In this document: positions 1 to 12,068 of the stretch, one piece after another
Layout: each line of letters starts with the position of its first letter
How positions within the stretch are numbered: position 1 is the stretch's first letter
Source of the DNA: Octopus sinensis
Lineage: Eukaryota
Assembly: GCF_006345805.1 (NCBI RefSeq)
Contig: NW_021833078.1
Coordinates: forward strand, 15,104 to 79,103
Length of the DNA: 64,000 bases
Direction of reading: 5' to 3'
Notes under the pieces: generated by a model
Seen by the model: the letters and a program-made list of their open reading frames with translations, nothing else
The model's database searches: none
What the model was told of the DNA's origin: nothing
Made by a program: the position numbers and the translations under genes

Positions 1-559
1 CCGTTTTTATGTCATGTAGAATTGGAATCGTCATGTGCATAAAGCATCTGACTGTTATTTCTTCATACCACACTACAGACATTCCATTGAGTCCTGGACT
101 AGAATAGTTACTCCAATCTTACATAAAGTTAGATTGTGGTTGTTTAAATGCACACCAAGCACAGCTATACTCAAAAGTGTTCCAGCAATAACCATAGATT
201 TTTTTTAAGACGGTAGCGTAGTATTAGAATGAAATTTGACTGCTACTTCAATCAGAACTTGTAACTATTAAACGCTTTCTCGTTGGCTTGCATGAAAGTT
301 TACATGTGAATATCTATTAAACAGATAAAATAGGGAGTTATCTCCCTTCGACTTTCTTCTCAAATGATTAAGATACTGATTTACAAGTTAAAAGCCGTCT
401 TTCTTTTTCACAACTAGTGCTGCGGCGTGTAAATGATCAAGGGACATAACTCTGACTTGATCGTTTAATCCCTTATTAATCGCTTTATCTCTTTATCGCT
501 TCCTTAAATTTCTTTATTGTTTAACAGTACATAAGAAAACGAAATGGTTTACATCCTCC

Positions 560-2060
560 TTCGTGTACACTCGTGGAACTAATTATTAATACTATGACCT
601 TTTACAAATTATACTGCAGGATTAACTTCCACAATCTACACCCTGGTCTCAAATTCACAAGGGAAATTAGCAACACACAATTACCACTTCTTGACATAAT
701 TGGTAATTAAACACAGCACCATAATCACAATTGATATTTATTACAAAAGCGCAGATACCACACCAGAACTTAAATTTCAAATCATGCCACCCAACATACA
801 GAATGCGCAACATCCCGTACTGTCTAGCTAGGAAACTTTGTATTATAGTAGATGATACAAATACCAGCAACATACAACTTTCAGAACTGAAATTATTTCT
901 GCTCAAGCAAAAACACCTTCTCCGAGTTATAGAAAATAGCCTACAACGAGCAAAAGAGATACCTATAGAACAGCTGAGGGCAACACGAGAAAGACGAAGT
1001 CAACAACGGAACACAATACCATTTCTAGTAACACAATTCGCATCACCAGAACATTTTTAACATCACCAAAATAAATTTGCCTATCATGAAACAAAGTGAA
1101 AAATCAAAAAACATAAAAAAGAATCAAACACTTATCTTAAATAAAAGGCAATCTAATAGCCTAAAGAAATTATTAACAAAGGCAAAATTCAACATGAACA
1201 AATAGGATGAAACATTCAATATCCAAGTGTAATGATAACAGATGTAGAACGTGTTAATACACGCATACTGGTAGATCCATTAGAACGCAAAAATGGACAG
1301 GTTTTCACAAATGCAGATATCAACAGAAATTTTATCTACTACTAGCAGTATCGCCCAGCGTTGCTCGGGTTTGTAAGGGAAATAACTATAAAGCATTTTT
1401 AGAGTTATAGCCAAAAAATAGCAAAAAAATGATGGTAAATTTTTTTGAGAGTTAAAAAGGTCGAGTTGCGTCCCCTAGACAGTCTGTGGTTTGTGTTTCT
1501 GATTCTCGACCCCATGTCGAATTTATCGATTTTTTTCAGAACTGGGGGAACTTTTCAAAATTTTCGCTGCGTTAGTTTTGAATTATGACATTGGGCTATG
1601 TGTGTGTCAAGTTTCATCAGAATCGGTTGAAAGCCGTGGTCAGGGTGAGGGTACCACCTAACAGACACACAGACACGCAGACAGATAAACTGCCGTTTAT
1701 ATAGAGAGAGATATTAAATGACATAATTGCGAGGAACTGTCTATTAGCGAGACAGGGAACACATATCGGAACGCTCACGAGTCAACAAATCCGGGACAGT
1801 AATGCTCGCAAAATGCCATTGAGCGAACATATAGAAATATGTAATCAGAAAATGTTTCTAATTTTTCCTTTCCACAAACTAAATCACGCAAGTGAAGTTG
1901 GAAGAAATATAAAAGAAAACGTCTTATTAAAATGTTCAAACCTGTTCTGAACAGAAATAACAGCAATAATATAACAACCAATTAATGATGTGGATTAAAA
2001 AATATCTTTAACATATGAATATAAACAAATTACAGAACACCCACCGATTGAAATAGAAAC
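560..2060 (+). mobile_element. Degraded Penelope-like element (RT C-terminal region plus GIY-YIG endonuclease), interrupted by a Helitron
   Basis: ORF 731-1060 resembles a PLE RT-EN linker. A CxxxxCxxC-like stretch (KCNDNRCRT) lies near 1225. Removing 1342-1711 restores F-I-Y-Y-I-K-*-H-N-C-E-E-L-S-I-S-E-T-G, a decayed GIY-YIG IY..C..C...YIGETG motif. Confidence 0.7.
1342..1711 (-). mobile_element. Non-autonomous Helitron-type element (370 bp)
   Basis: On the minus strand: 5' TC start, subterminal CCCG-AGCAACGC-(T)GGG hairpin, CTAG 3' end, inserted between A and T with no TSD. Near-identical inverted copy at 2231-2601. Confidence 0.8.
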
Positions 2061-2230
2061 TAAGTTTGCTCACTAATAAAACCCTTACATGTAAACTGCA
2101 AGCTAATTGGATAAAATAAAGGCGAAATCTATGCCAGTATTATCTGTGCGCCCGGAAAACCGTGACGTTTAAGCAGTATCCTGATTTGTCGAAACTGTAT
2201 TCCAAAAATCCAGCTAGTCGGAACCTTCTA

Positions 2231-2601
2231 TCTCTCTATATATAAACGGCAGTTTGTCTCTGTGTGTTTCTGTGTGTCTGTCAGGTTGTACCCTCACCCT
2301 GACCACGGCTTTCAACCGATTCTGATGAAACTTGACACACACATAGCCCAATGTCATAATTCAAAACTAACGCAGCGAAAATTTTGAAAAGTTCCCCCAG
2401 TTCTGAAAAAAAATCGATAAATTCGACATGGAGTCGAGAATCAGAAACACAAACCACAGACTGTCTAGGGGACGCAACTCGACCTTTTTAACTAAAAAAA
2501 ATTTACCATCATTTTTTTTCCATTTTTTGGCTATAACTCTCTAAAAATGCTTTATAGTTATTTCCCTTACAAACCCGAGCAACGCCGGGCGATACTGCTA
2601 G
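2231..2601 (+). mobile_element. Non-autonomous Helitron-type element (371 bp)
   Basis: A|TCTCTCTATATATAAACGGCAG ... CCCGAGCAACGCCGGG-CGATACTG-CTAG|T, i.e. canonical TC...hairpin...CTRR termini at an AT site. Confidence 0.85.
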
Positions 2602-2967
2602 TAAAGTATAAAGAGGAAGAAGTCATTTTACTACAGTTGTCAAGAATTCAGCTGTCAGTTAAATACATTTTGAAATCTGATGGTTACTACGAACGTATGA
2701 AAGCACTAATTGATCTTTATGAACACTACCATATATTTTTTTTATGTTTAACACACTTCAACATAGTAGATAATTGTTTAAATACAATAATAAAATACGT
2801 GAAAACCAGACCATGTCGTAAGTTTATTCACCTGATATATTATTCTATACACATTTACACAAATTCGGAAACTATATATATATATATATATGTGTGTGTG
2901 TGACCGCGTGTGTACAGTTGGCGATATTTTTCCTCTGTCTTCCCTTCTCTGGATATTTCCTTCTCCT

Positions 2968-3005
2968 ATGTTTCCGACGAAGAGCTCCGCTCGAAACGTA
3001 AAAAC
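2968..3005 (+). ncRNA. Minimal type I hammerhead-like motif (variant core), Penelope pLTR-type
   Basis: GTTT-CCGACGA-A-GAGC-tcc-GCTC-GAAAC-GTA-AAAAC: stem II GAGC/GCTC, GAAA core, ACGT palindrome as stem III. U4 is replaced by C. Confidence 0.45.
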
Positions 3006-3116
3006 CCTCCTTCTTTCCTTCTTTCCTGAGCGTCCAATAATACTATATTTGTTCCACGTCCTCGCGTTGTTGTGTTTTTTTTGTGCTTTCTTGTTTGGAT
3101 TAACTATATATATATA

Positions 3117-3435
3117 TTCAGCAAACGCCAGAAAGTAAGCGAGCAAGACAAATGAAAAGATACAAAATATAGAGTTTAATCGCAAACCCTATTTCATTGT
3201 TACCACTTACGCAATTACTTACGTAAAGTCCGCAATTCATCATTGTGATCGTCATAGCGGACGTCCCGTGTATAGTTCTTCAAATTATATTTTGCTATGA
3301 CGATTACACTGATGAATTGCGGAGTTTACGTAAGTAATTGCGTAAGTGGTAACAATGAAATACGGTTTGCGATTAACCTTTATATTTTATGTCTTTTCAT
3401 TTGTCTTGCTCTCTTACGTTCAGGCGTTTGCCGAA
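3117..3435. mobile_element. Fold-back MITE with about 140-bp inverted arms
   Basis: 3117-3258 is the reverse complement of 3294-3435. The inner 83 bp have 4 mismatches by eye; the spacer is 35 bp. Confidence 0.8.
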
Positions 3436-3638
3436 TTTTCTTGAGAACAATCTTTGCTTCGTGGCAAGGCCATAGGGCGTCTACTTCTAGCATAATGGAT
3501 ATCTACTTAGTGGTCATCCCTCTTATATGTATGTAATATAATTTTTCTGAATCTTCAGAATTTTCAATATGCTAGGCCACTGGTTTTAAATTGATATTAA
3601 TCAAATTAATATTCAATTTTTCACCCTTATTATTTAAA

Positions 3639-3838
3639 TCTATATATATAAAACTCAACTTGTGCGTATATGTGTGTATCTGTGTGTGTATCTGTGTGTG
3701 TATCTGTGTGTGTATCTGTATGTTTAACTTCCCAGCACATCTCCTCCTAGCCAACAATCGTAGAACCACCAAAAATGGGTCACTTAAAGTTTAGGCGAAT
3801 GAAAATTGAACTCCGCTATTTCTGTTCCGAAATTCATC
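3639..3838 (+). mobile_element. 5' part of a Helitron-type element split by the Tx1-like LINE (presumed continuation from 9327)
   Basis: A|TCTATATATATAAAACTC start followed by (GTGTGTATCT)n, the same style of 5' end as the other Helitrons here. Confidence 0.45.
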
Positions 3839-4267
3839 TCGCAAGTGCATCTCGCGTTGCCAGTTCGATAATGTGTTTGTTTAGGCCTTATCCCATGCAT
3901 TGAACAGTGAACTTTACTCAGTCAGCTGTTTGATGTGAATTGTGTTCACCACGCGTGCAAGCATGCGTAAATTGCATGAAAAATAAAAAATCAAGATATA
4001 AAAACGAATCGCCGTAAACATTGTAGAAATTCGGCAAAGAATTTTTGAAGAAGTCGGTTGTGTTTATTCGCGTAAGCCAAAATATTGTTAAAATTGTTGA
4101 ATTGTTTGTTTAAAAATTGTTTGTTAAATTGTTATATTGAACTTTAACTGGTTTTTTGAACCAGGAAAACTTTGTTATTCCCCTCCTATAAGGAGGGGAA
4201 ATAGTGTGTGAAATATATTGTGCGTTGTAGCGCAATTAAACAAAAAAAATACATTCATTTGTTGAAA

Positions 4268-5570
4268 ATGGATAAAACATTCGAAGATGTTGCCAATGAA
4301 GGTTCACCTTCTAAAGAAAATATTGTAGGTTCTCCTACAAAGGAAAACGCTATGTTGAAAAATGATTCTAAACCAAGTTCACCAGCAGTAGAAAACGAGA
4401 ATAAAACGTATAACTTCGCAGCCGCAGCAGGAAGAAAAACAGTTGGAATCAAACCTGAAGATATCGACTATGACAAATACAAGGAAATGTTTAAAAGGGC
4501 GGGGAACAACATAAAAGCCACCCTCCCACAAGAAATCAAAACCAGGACCATGAAGAAAACGGTAATTTTTAAATCGTTTATCATTAAGGAAAAAAAATAG
4601 AAAAAATAACTAAAGAACAGGCCGAAAAATGTCTCAAGCCAATATGGACGGATATTGATTTCGTTACATGGGGTAAGAAATATGCAACGATAATGGTCTA
4701 CTTTAAAGAGGAGGAACAGGCGAGGAAATACTCGATCAACCCATTAAAAACTACAGATATAATTCTTCTCCCCCTCGTATATGGGGAGAAGAACAACAAA
4801 AATTAAAATAGATGAAATACCACCGGAAATTGAGGTAAAGAGCCTCATTCCAGCCCTATTTATGGGGCTGGAAGGAAAAATTAATATTATAAATATTGTC
4901 AGAATCCAGAAGGAGAATTGGAAGGGACAAGCTTTACAAATAATAGTGCAAGCGGCGCCGGAAACGTTAGAGGAGGTGCCGGAGTGCATTAATTTCGACG
5001 ACGAAATAAACTTGCGGGTGGTGGTCGAAGGGCGTAAGCCCAGATGCTACGGGTTTGGCGAAAAGGGCCACATCCGAGCAGAATGCCCCACCCGCAAGAA
5101 AGAAGAAGAAGAAGCAAGGAAAAAAGCTGAAGAAGAGGAGAGGAGGAGAAAAACGACTGAAACAGAAGAAGAAAAAAATACAAGAGGGGGATGACGATTT
5201 CGTGATACCCAGGAAAATGAAAAAAAGGAAAAATACGGACCTAAACATACCCAATCATAGTACAAAAAAGACTAACACACAGGGGGAAAACCCACCCCAC
5301 CTAAACACGGTTCCCCACAAAAAGAAAAAGAAGATAAGACCCCCCCCCCAGACCAACCCGAACCACCCCCACCCCCACAGTACCGTGCATTACCCTCCCC
5401 TCCAAATGACCTCCCCGTACTCCCTTCATACTCCCCAAACTCCTCCTCCTCCCCATCACCTCCCCACAAAGCCCCCAAAAGAAAATCACGGAGTTCCAAG
5501 TGGTTTATACAGCCATCAACAAAGACAACGACAGTTTAAGCAGCGGGATGGGAATCATCCCAGCCGCTGA
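4268..5570 (+). pseudogene. Tx1-like ORF1 (gag-like nucleic-acid-binding protein), frameshifted
   Basis: Pieces 4268-4600, about 4600-5194 (GRKPRCYGFGEKGHIRAECP zinc knuckle with second Cys degenerate) and a Lys/Pro-rich tail to 5570. Confidence 0.8.
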
Positions 5571-5757
5571 AAAAATACAAACTCATAGAAAATTACAAAA
5601 AATGTAGAAATATATAAAATGGATTTACTAAACTTTAATATTTTAAATGCGCAGTATTCAGGAGACATAAGGGGTCCGCGGCTTTATGTACACGAGTCAC
5701 TTATTAAAGCGGACTTCCCCCCACGACCAACAGGAACACCGTTGTAAAGGTAAGTAA

Positions 5758-8700
5758 ATGTCTCGTATTTGTGTAAGGTGCATAAATGTGCGTGGCCTGA
5801 TGTCGAGCTGGAAGCAAGGGCGCCTCCTAAATGACATCAGGTCACGGGAGCTAGATGTTGTTGTTACCACAGAAACCCGGTTAAAGGGGCCCAGAGATCT
5901 GCTCCCGCTGTTCGACGGTTACGAGAGAATTATCTCTCCGAACCCGTCGTTCGGCGGAAGCGGGGTGTTGGTCCTGTGTAAAAAGAACCGGGTCTCTGAG
6001 AAAAAGTTGATTTTTGCAGATCCAGAAGGTAGGCTGGTCGTCGTTGATTTGACGTTCAGTAGTCGTAAGACAATCAGACTGGTTGCAGTTTACGCACCCA
6101 ACAATAAGGGGCAAAGTGATTATTTTCGGAATCTGGAGAAGTTTCTGAGTACATCGTGCCCTTTAGTAATGTTAGGAGACTTCAACACAATCTGCGATGT
6201 GCGGGTAGACTGTGAAGGCTTGCAAACAGACAGGAAAGGAAATGCTTGCTTCCTGTATCTACTAAGACGTTTTGAGCTGGTAGATCCATATAGACTGGAA
6301 CATCTGGACGCTCCATTGTGGACATGGTCAAACAGCGACGGATCGTCAAGGTCATACATAGACAGGATTTTAATTAGGAAGGTAAATAGAAACCTAGTTA
6401 AGAGTCCACAGCTCCACATAGTCAGCTACAGTGACCACAAGATGGTCACCTGTAAGCTCGACGTAGATAAGATAAATAGAGGTCCTGGTTACTGGAAACT
6501 TAATACGTTCCTTTTGGCGATTAAGGAGTACAGTGACAGGATTAGGTTAATGATCCAGAGGGCCATGACCGGCTCCATTATCAACAACAAATGGTGGTAT
6601 GCCCCCAAGCGAGCCATAACATATGAGTCTATTAGGTATAGTATAGATCTCGTAGCTAGAGAGGCTAGAAAAGAAACTACTCTAGTTAAGGACCTAGAGG
6701 AAGCAATGTGAACTGGCAACGCGGCTCGGGTGAAGGCCAAGAGACTGGTTTTAAACCAGCACCTCGAAGCCAAACACATGGGTTGCATTGTCAGGGCTAG
6801 ACAACATACAATGGGGAGCGAAAGAATTAATGCCGCGGGATGGGCCCGAGTGGTGGAAGCCCAACGTGGCAACAATGCCACAATTCGATCTCTGACGAAC
6901 CAACAAGGTAAGTTGACAGACGAACCCGAGGAGATGTGTGTCAAGCTTTTCAGGACCACTTCGCCCAGCTCTTTGGGGGGGGGCGGATGGGAGGAGGGAC
7001 CTTACGGACCTCCTCGACGGACTGCCGCGCGCTCGGAGCGGGACGCGGAGTGTAGTGAGAAGCCGATCACGCCTGAGGAGGTAACAGAGGCCATGGCAGA
7101 CTGCGGTGCGGGTAAGGTGCCGGGACCTGATGGTCTGCCCTACGAGCTTTATAAAAGTATGCCGGACTTGTTCGGGGACTTACTGGCGAACGTCTACGCA
7201 AACTGGCAGCAGAATGGGTTTATACCCAAATCTGTGCGCCGGGGAGTGGTGACACTAGTCAGGAAGGACCAAAGCAAGGGGGACGTCATGGATAATTTCA
7301 GGCCCATCACTCTGCTTAACGCAGAGTTGAAGATTTTGGCCAAAGTGTTATCGAACAGATTGGCGCGTGTCGCGAATGGACTGATCGGGAAAGTGCAAAC
7401 GTGCGCCGTACCGGGCAGAACCATTCAGGACAATCTCCATCTTATTAGATACACGATAGAGGGAATGGATAATGATCCCGGCAAGGGAGGGGCAGTGGTC
7501 CATTTAGACCAGTCAAAGGCTTTCGATAGGGTCGACCATCATTATCTGGTGTCCGTTCTGGCTCAGTTCGGCCTAGGTCTTGGCTTCCTCAGGTGGATCA
7601 TAGAAATGTACGACAACGTCGACTCGGAAGTTCGGGTGAACGGCTTTCTTTCTAAGCCGTTCAAGGTCAAACGCTCGGTCCGTCAGGGATGTCCGCTCTC
7701 CCCGCTTTTGTATGTAGTGGCTCTTGAGCCGCTGCTGCGAAAACTGAGTGGCATCCCGAGGCAGCGGACGACATCATTATCATCGTGACCGAAATGGACC
7801 TCCTACGTAAAGTAGGCAAGGCCATAGAGGTTTACGAGACGGTGACAGGAGCAAAATTTAATCGGGAAAAGTCAGTCGGCTTGCAGCTCGGCACCTGGAG
7901 AGGCAAGTCGATGCCTCCAGACAACGTCGTGGGACGTTGGACGGAGGGTCCGATTAAGTAGCTCGGGGTCTGGTTTGGACCAGGCCTCCAAATAGAGAGG
8001 AACTGGAGCGAGGTATCGAGCAGGGTGGTCGCAGTAGTAAAGACCTGGTCTTGGCGGTGGTTATCCCTAAAAGGTAGGGCGGAGGTAGCCAATGAGTTTA
8101 TCGCATCGGTGATCACCTACCGCCTTGCCGTCGTGCCTTGCCCGGATTCGTGGTTGACCAGGTTGGAAAGACAGCTCTTCCGCTTCTTGTGGAAGGGCTC
8201 GAAACCACTTGTGAGACGCTCTATTTGTTATCAAAAACCGTTAAAGGGTGGACTAGGATGCCGTGGCTAATGATGCGCAGAAATGCGCTGAGGCTAAGGC
8301 ACCTGTGGCTCCAACTGGATGGTGAACGGGTGTGGTCTCCGCTGGCGAAGCAGATGTTCCCCAGGTTCACTAGTTTCGGTGGACGGGAAGAGTGGTATAA
8401 TCGTAGATCGAAGTTGGGTACGTGGTACACGGAGTGTCGTACGGCACTCCGACTATTCCGTCACTCGGGCAATGCCTGCGGCAGTGGTTCTACCACTGTG
8501 TTTTATAGAGGGTTGGTAGAGGCCGGTAACGATGATACGCTAGGGGAAACCCTAGGTTTCGACGATAATAAGCTGGCCAGTCTGTTCCAACGTACATTCG
8601 GGCCGAAGGCACTGGATAATTTCCAGAAGTCTTTGGCTTGGCAGTGTTATCGAGGAGCCTTACCTGTTCGGGACAAACTTGCAAGGCACGGTGCCCCAGT

Positions 8701-9112
8701 CAGCCCGACCTGTTCGAGATGTGGGCGAGACAGGGAAACCGTCTCGCACGCGATCGTGCAGTGCCCGGAGGTGACAGATATGTGGGTTTTTGCCGAACAA
8801 CTGATGTCAAGTGAAGGAAGAGTACAGCTATCAGCCGAATCCATTGTAAAAATCAGCCCACCTGATTTTTTAACGAAAGAAGGTAAGAATTGTTTTCTCT
8901 CTGTGGTTTCAACTGCGAAACAGGCAGTATGGAAGACAAGGGTGAAAGAAATGCCAACAGGCGACTTCATCTCCGGTTCTGGTCTGGTGGAATACTTTAA
9001 ATTCCACCTGAAAAGACAAATACAACTGGAGAGGAGGAGCCTGAGTAAGAAAGTGTTTGATGAAAGGTGGAAAAATGTGGTGAGTAAAAGGTCCCTCACA
9101 AATACGAGATAG
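5758..9112 (+). pseudogene. Tx1-like ORF2: AP endonuclease + reverse transcriptase + C-terminal zinc finger, frameshifted
   Basis: APE motifs INVRGL, VYAPN, LGDFN, RSYIDRI, SDH (5758-6711). RT motifs PGPDGL, FRPITLLN, LDQSKAFDRV, VRQGCPLSP (6730-7788). CSRC...ETVSHAIVQC zinc finger in 8138-9112. Confidence 0.92.
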
Positions 9113-9590
9113 GCTGTAAAAGAAAAACACAAGGCTAAGTGTCGTGGCGGGGAACGTGGGGTCCGTGGACCAGCCCCACTACATTCTGTAACTTTGTAAA
9201 ACTGTCCATTGTGTAATCATTCGAATTTTATTTTTCATCCAGATTTTTAACTGACCCCAAAAAGCATATAAATGTATTTCATCATTCGTAAGTTCTATGT
9301 CGCCCCTAGTGGGTAATAAAGAAATAGAAATTCGTCAAAGAAATGAATTTTCGGGATGTAGCCTGGAAGGTTTTTTTGTATTAATCGTTTGGACTTTGTG
9401 AACACATACCAATTGTTTTCATAACATTTTTAACGCTTTGGATTAAATGTGACCATTTTGCGTTGAGTCTGCAGTTTGAATCACTTTAACCAAATTTTAG
9501 CAGGGCAGATTTTTGATCATCACGATACATCACCAGCGTCTCCCTGAAACTCTCCCCTGAAATCCCCGTTGACAAATCTATATATACGTC

Positions 9591-9726
9591 TAATTGTTAA
9601 AGAGGACAATAAATGCTAAGGCAAGACAAACATCTCAAGTCAAATACATTATTATTATTGGAAAAATATGTATATGACTTGAGATGTTTGTCTTGCATTA
9701 GCGTTTCTTGTCCTCATTAACAATTA
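9591..9726. mobile_element. Small hairpin MITE (about 59-bp arms)
   Basis: TAATTGTTAAAGAGGACAATAAATGCTAAGGCAAGACAAACATCTCAAGTC is mirrored by GACTTGAGATGTTTGTCTTGCATTAGCGTTTCTTGTCCTCATTAACAATTA. Confidence 0.7.
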
Positions 9727-9730
9727 TATA

Positions 9731-10108
9731 TCTCTCTATATAAAGCTGAAGCTGTCTGTCTATGGCAAGTTTGGTAGCCTTCAACTAACACTATCTCCTC
9801 CGAGACCCAGCGGCGCAAGTTGACCGAAATTGAGAGTATGATAGAAGAAGGCTTGCTCTTCCTTCCGTAGAAGAAAAAAATTGAAATCAGACCATGTTAA
9901 CATCAAAAATTATTTACATCAAAAAGTTGCTTTTTTTTTCTATGAAAATCCCTATTTTTTACGATTTTTTGACTGCTGTGTCGCCATTTTTCGGTGTATT
10001 TCAACCAGAAAAATGTTCACTTAAAGAGAATAACAAACTTTTACTTTTCAAAAATTCCAATTCTAAAGGATCGAAACAAACCCTAGCAACGCCGGACGAT
10101 ACTGCTAG
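9731..10108 (+). mobile_element. Non-autonomous Helitron-type element, second subfamily (378 bp)
   Basis: A|TCTCTCTATATAAAGCTG ... CCCTAGCAACGCCGGACGATACTG-CTAG|T. Termini match 2231-2601 but the interior is unrelated. Confidence 0.8.
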
Positions 10109-10109
10109 T

Positions 10110-10570
10110 ATACATATAATTCCCTGCGTGTGTGTGTTTCCCCTATGCACGACCAAACCGCTGAAACAATCTCTACTAAATTTGGCATGACGGCTTTTCA
10201 TTACTCGAGGAAGGGTCTAGAGGGTTCAAATTTTGGCCCTTGCCCAAATAGGGGCAATAGCTTCCCCCACCCCCACTCTCTATACGACCCTTCCGGTTTC
10301 TTTTATGTTTTTCAGCGGATTCCTATTTTCTCGATAACGAAGATTCCGAATATGCCAAACAAATCTGTTTTCAAAATTTTAAATTCCTGCCCCCTCCCAA
10401 ATTTTAAATTAACTTTTTGTCATTTTTTTCTTTTTTCAATCTACGTGGAAAAATACGGAGATTAAGAATATGGTAAAAACACTTTTTTAATTTAAAATGT
10501 TCAATGAAGGATTCCAAAATTGATCCATTCACCCCCACCCTCGCCTCGTCACCCCATCCCGTTGTCAAAA
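10110..10570 (+). mobile_element. Probable further Helitron-like 5' module
   Basis: Begins with a GTGTGTGTTTCCCTATGC...AAATTTGGCATGA segment in the style of the other Helitron 5' regions. No 3' CTAG terminus found. Confidence 0.3.
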
Positions 10571-11457
10571 ACTGAAAATGAACTGCCAAAAATCACAGTT
10601 AAATGTCTGGAAATTTTCTGTGTTTGTGTGAGTGCGCGCACAATAACTTCTACAGCTTATGCGAATGTACAGAGAAAGTAAACAGAAATATGTTTTACAT
10701 ACCTGTCGTATACGTCGGTTTTGTTTTTTCGCTTTAAAGGTAAACGATTCTGATAGATGCAAACATGATATTGAATAATTCTCCGTCATAGGTCTACAAC
10801 CCCACCTCTTCTTTTTTTTTTAATAAAGATAAACGCCTTTTAATTGTGATAATGAAACAAGGGTTTAATCCTTATCGCCAAAATCAATTTTTCTTGCAAA
10901 AGAAAGGATGGCATTTTCTCTCTTTTCCAATAGTTAATTATAAGAGAGAATATGTTGGTACCAAAAACGCTAAAACTTTGCTAACTTCATGGATCTGTCA
11001 CTGAACCAGGTTTCTAATTTCATTGCATACACACTTTCCTATCATTTATGTAGAGAATTGGTAACATGGCATATAAAGATAACTTATTTTAATAGAATTT
11101 ATACGAGTACATTTCTGTAAATATTTTTCTTGCGCACTAAAACCATCACCCCCCTCCCTAAACACACACTTGCACATATACACACGCGGATTTACATGGA
11201 AGAATTCCCATTTTGGAAGTAAGTTAAAGGTTTTACTATTTGGAATGAAGAACACAAACATAGGTGCCGAGCCAGTGACTAAACCTGTGTGCAATAATAT
11301 TGTTTCACTTTTATTCTTTCTCTTTTAATTTTAACGTGATAACACTAAGATCACCTTATTTTACACATTTACCGTTCAATTGCCAGTTAACAACAATCAA
11401 GGTTGCAAGGTATTTACAGTTACATATTAAACCTTAAATTAACATTTAATACATCGA

Positions 11458-11493
<36 letters not shown>

Positions 11494-12068
11494 GAAATTT
11501 ATCTATAATAATTATTGTGCCATTTACCGTTAAATTAGCAGTTAGAACATGTGCTTCTATTTGGTTAATTTGCTTATATTGGCTCATTTACACAATTTGC
11601 TTATATGTGGCCTCTCTCTTCAGCTGATCATGTGACCATTTGGCGTCAATGTATAAATATTAATCAATTTTATCTACTTCTTCCTCTCTTCTTTCTTCTC
11701 TCCTCCTCCATCTGTCACTCTTCACCGCTCACTCACTCCACCTCAACCTCTCTAATTAACTGATGTATAACGGGTGAATGAACATGCAGATTATCATATA
11801 TATATGTGTGTGTGTGATATAATTTAGAAAACACAGTAAAAGGTTGTCATTCTAGTACTCGGAGTTGGGCTTTGAGAAGACAGTCACGCCTTTTCTTTTG
11901 TTTCAGGAAACATTTTCGCTTCTATAACAGAGAAACCGAAAAGCAAAATCAGAACGATTATTTCAAAAGACATAAAGCAGACGAGATTTCTTCTGTGAGA
12001 GAAGTGATAATCCTTTAACAACTAGTAAAGCATTTGAAGTTCCATCTATCACAATATTGTAAACAAAT

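Larger units (their letters stand above)
3839..9326 (+). mobile_element. Near-full-length Tx1/L1-clade non-LTR retrotransposon (about 5.5 kb), inactivated by frameshifts
   Basis: 5' UTR, gag-like ORF1 with a CCHC-like knuckle, ORF2 APE-RT-zf, 3' UTR ending TAATAAAGAAATA. Candidate TSD GAAATTCATC (3829-3838) / GAAATTCGTC (9327-9336). Confidence 0.9.
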
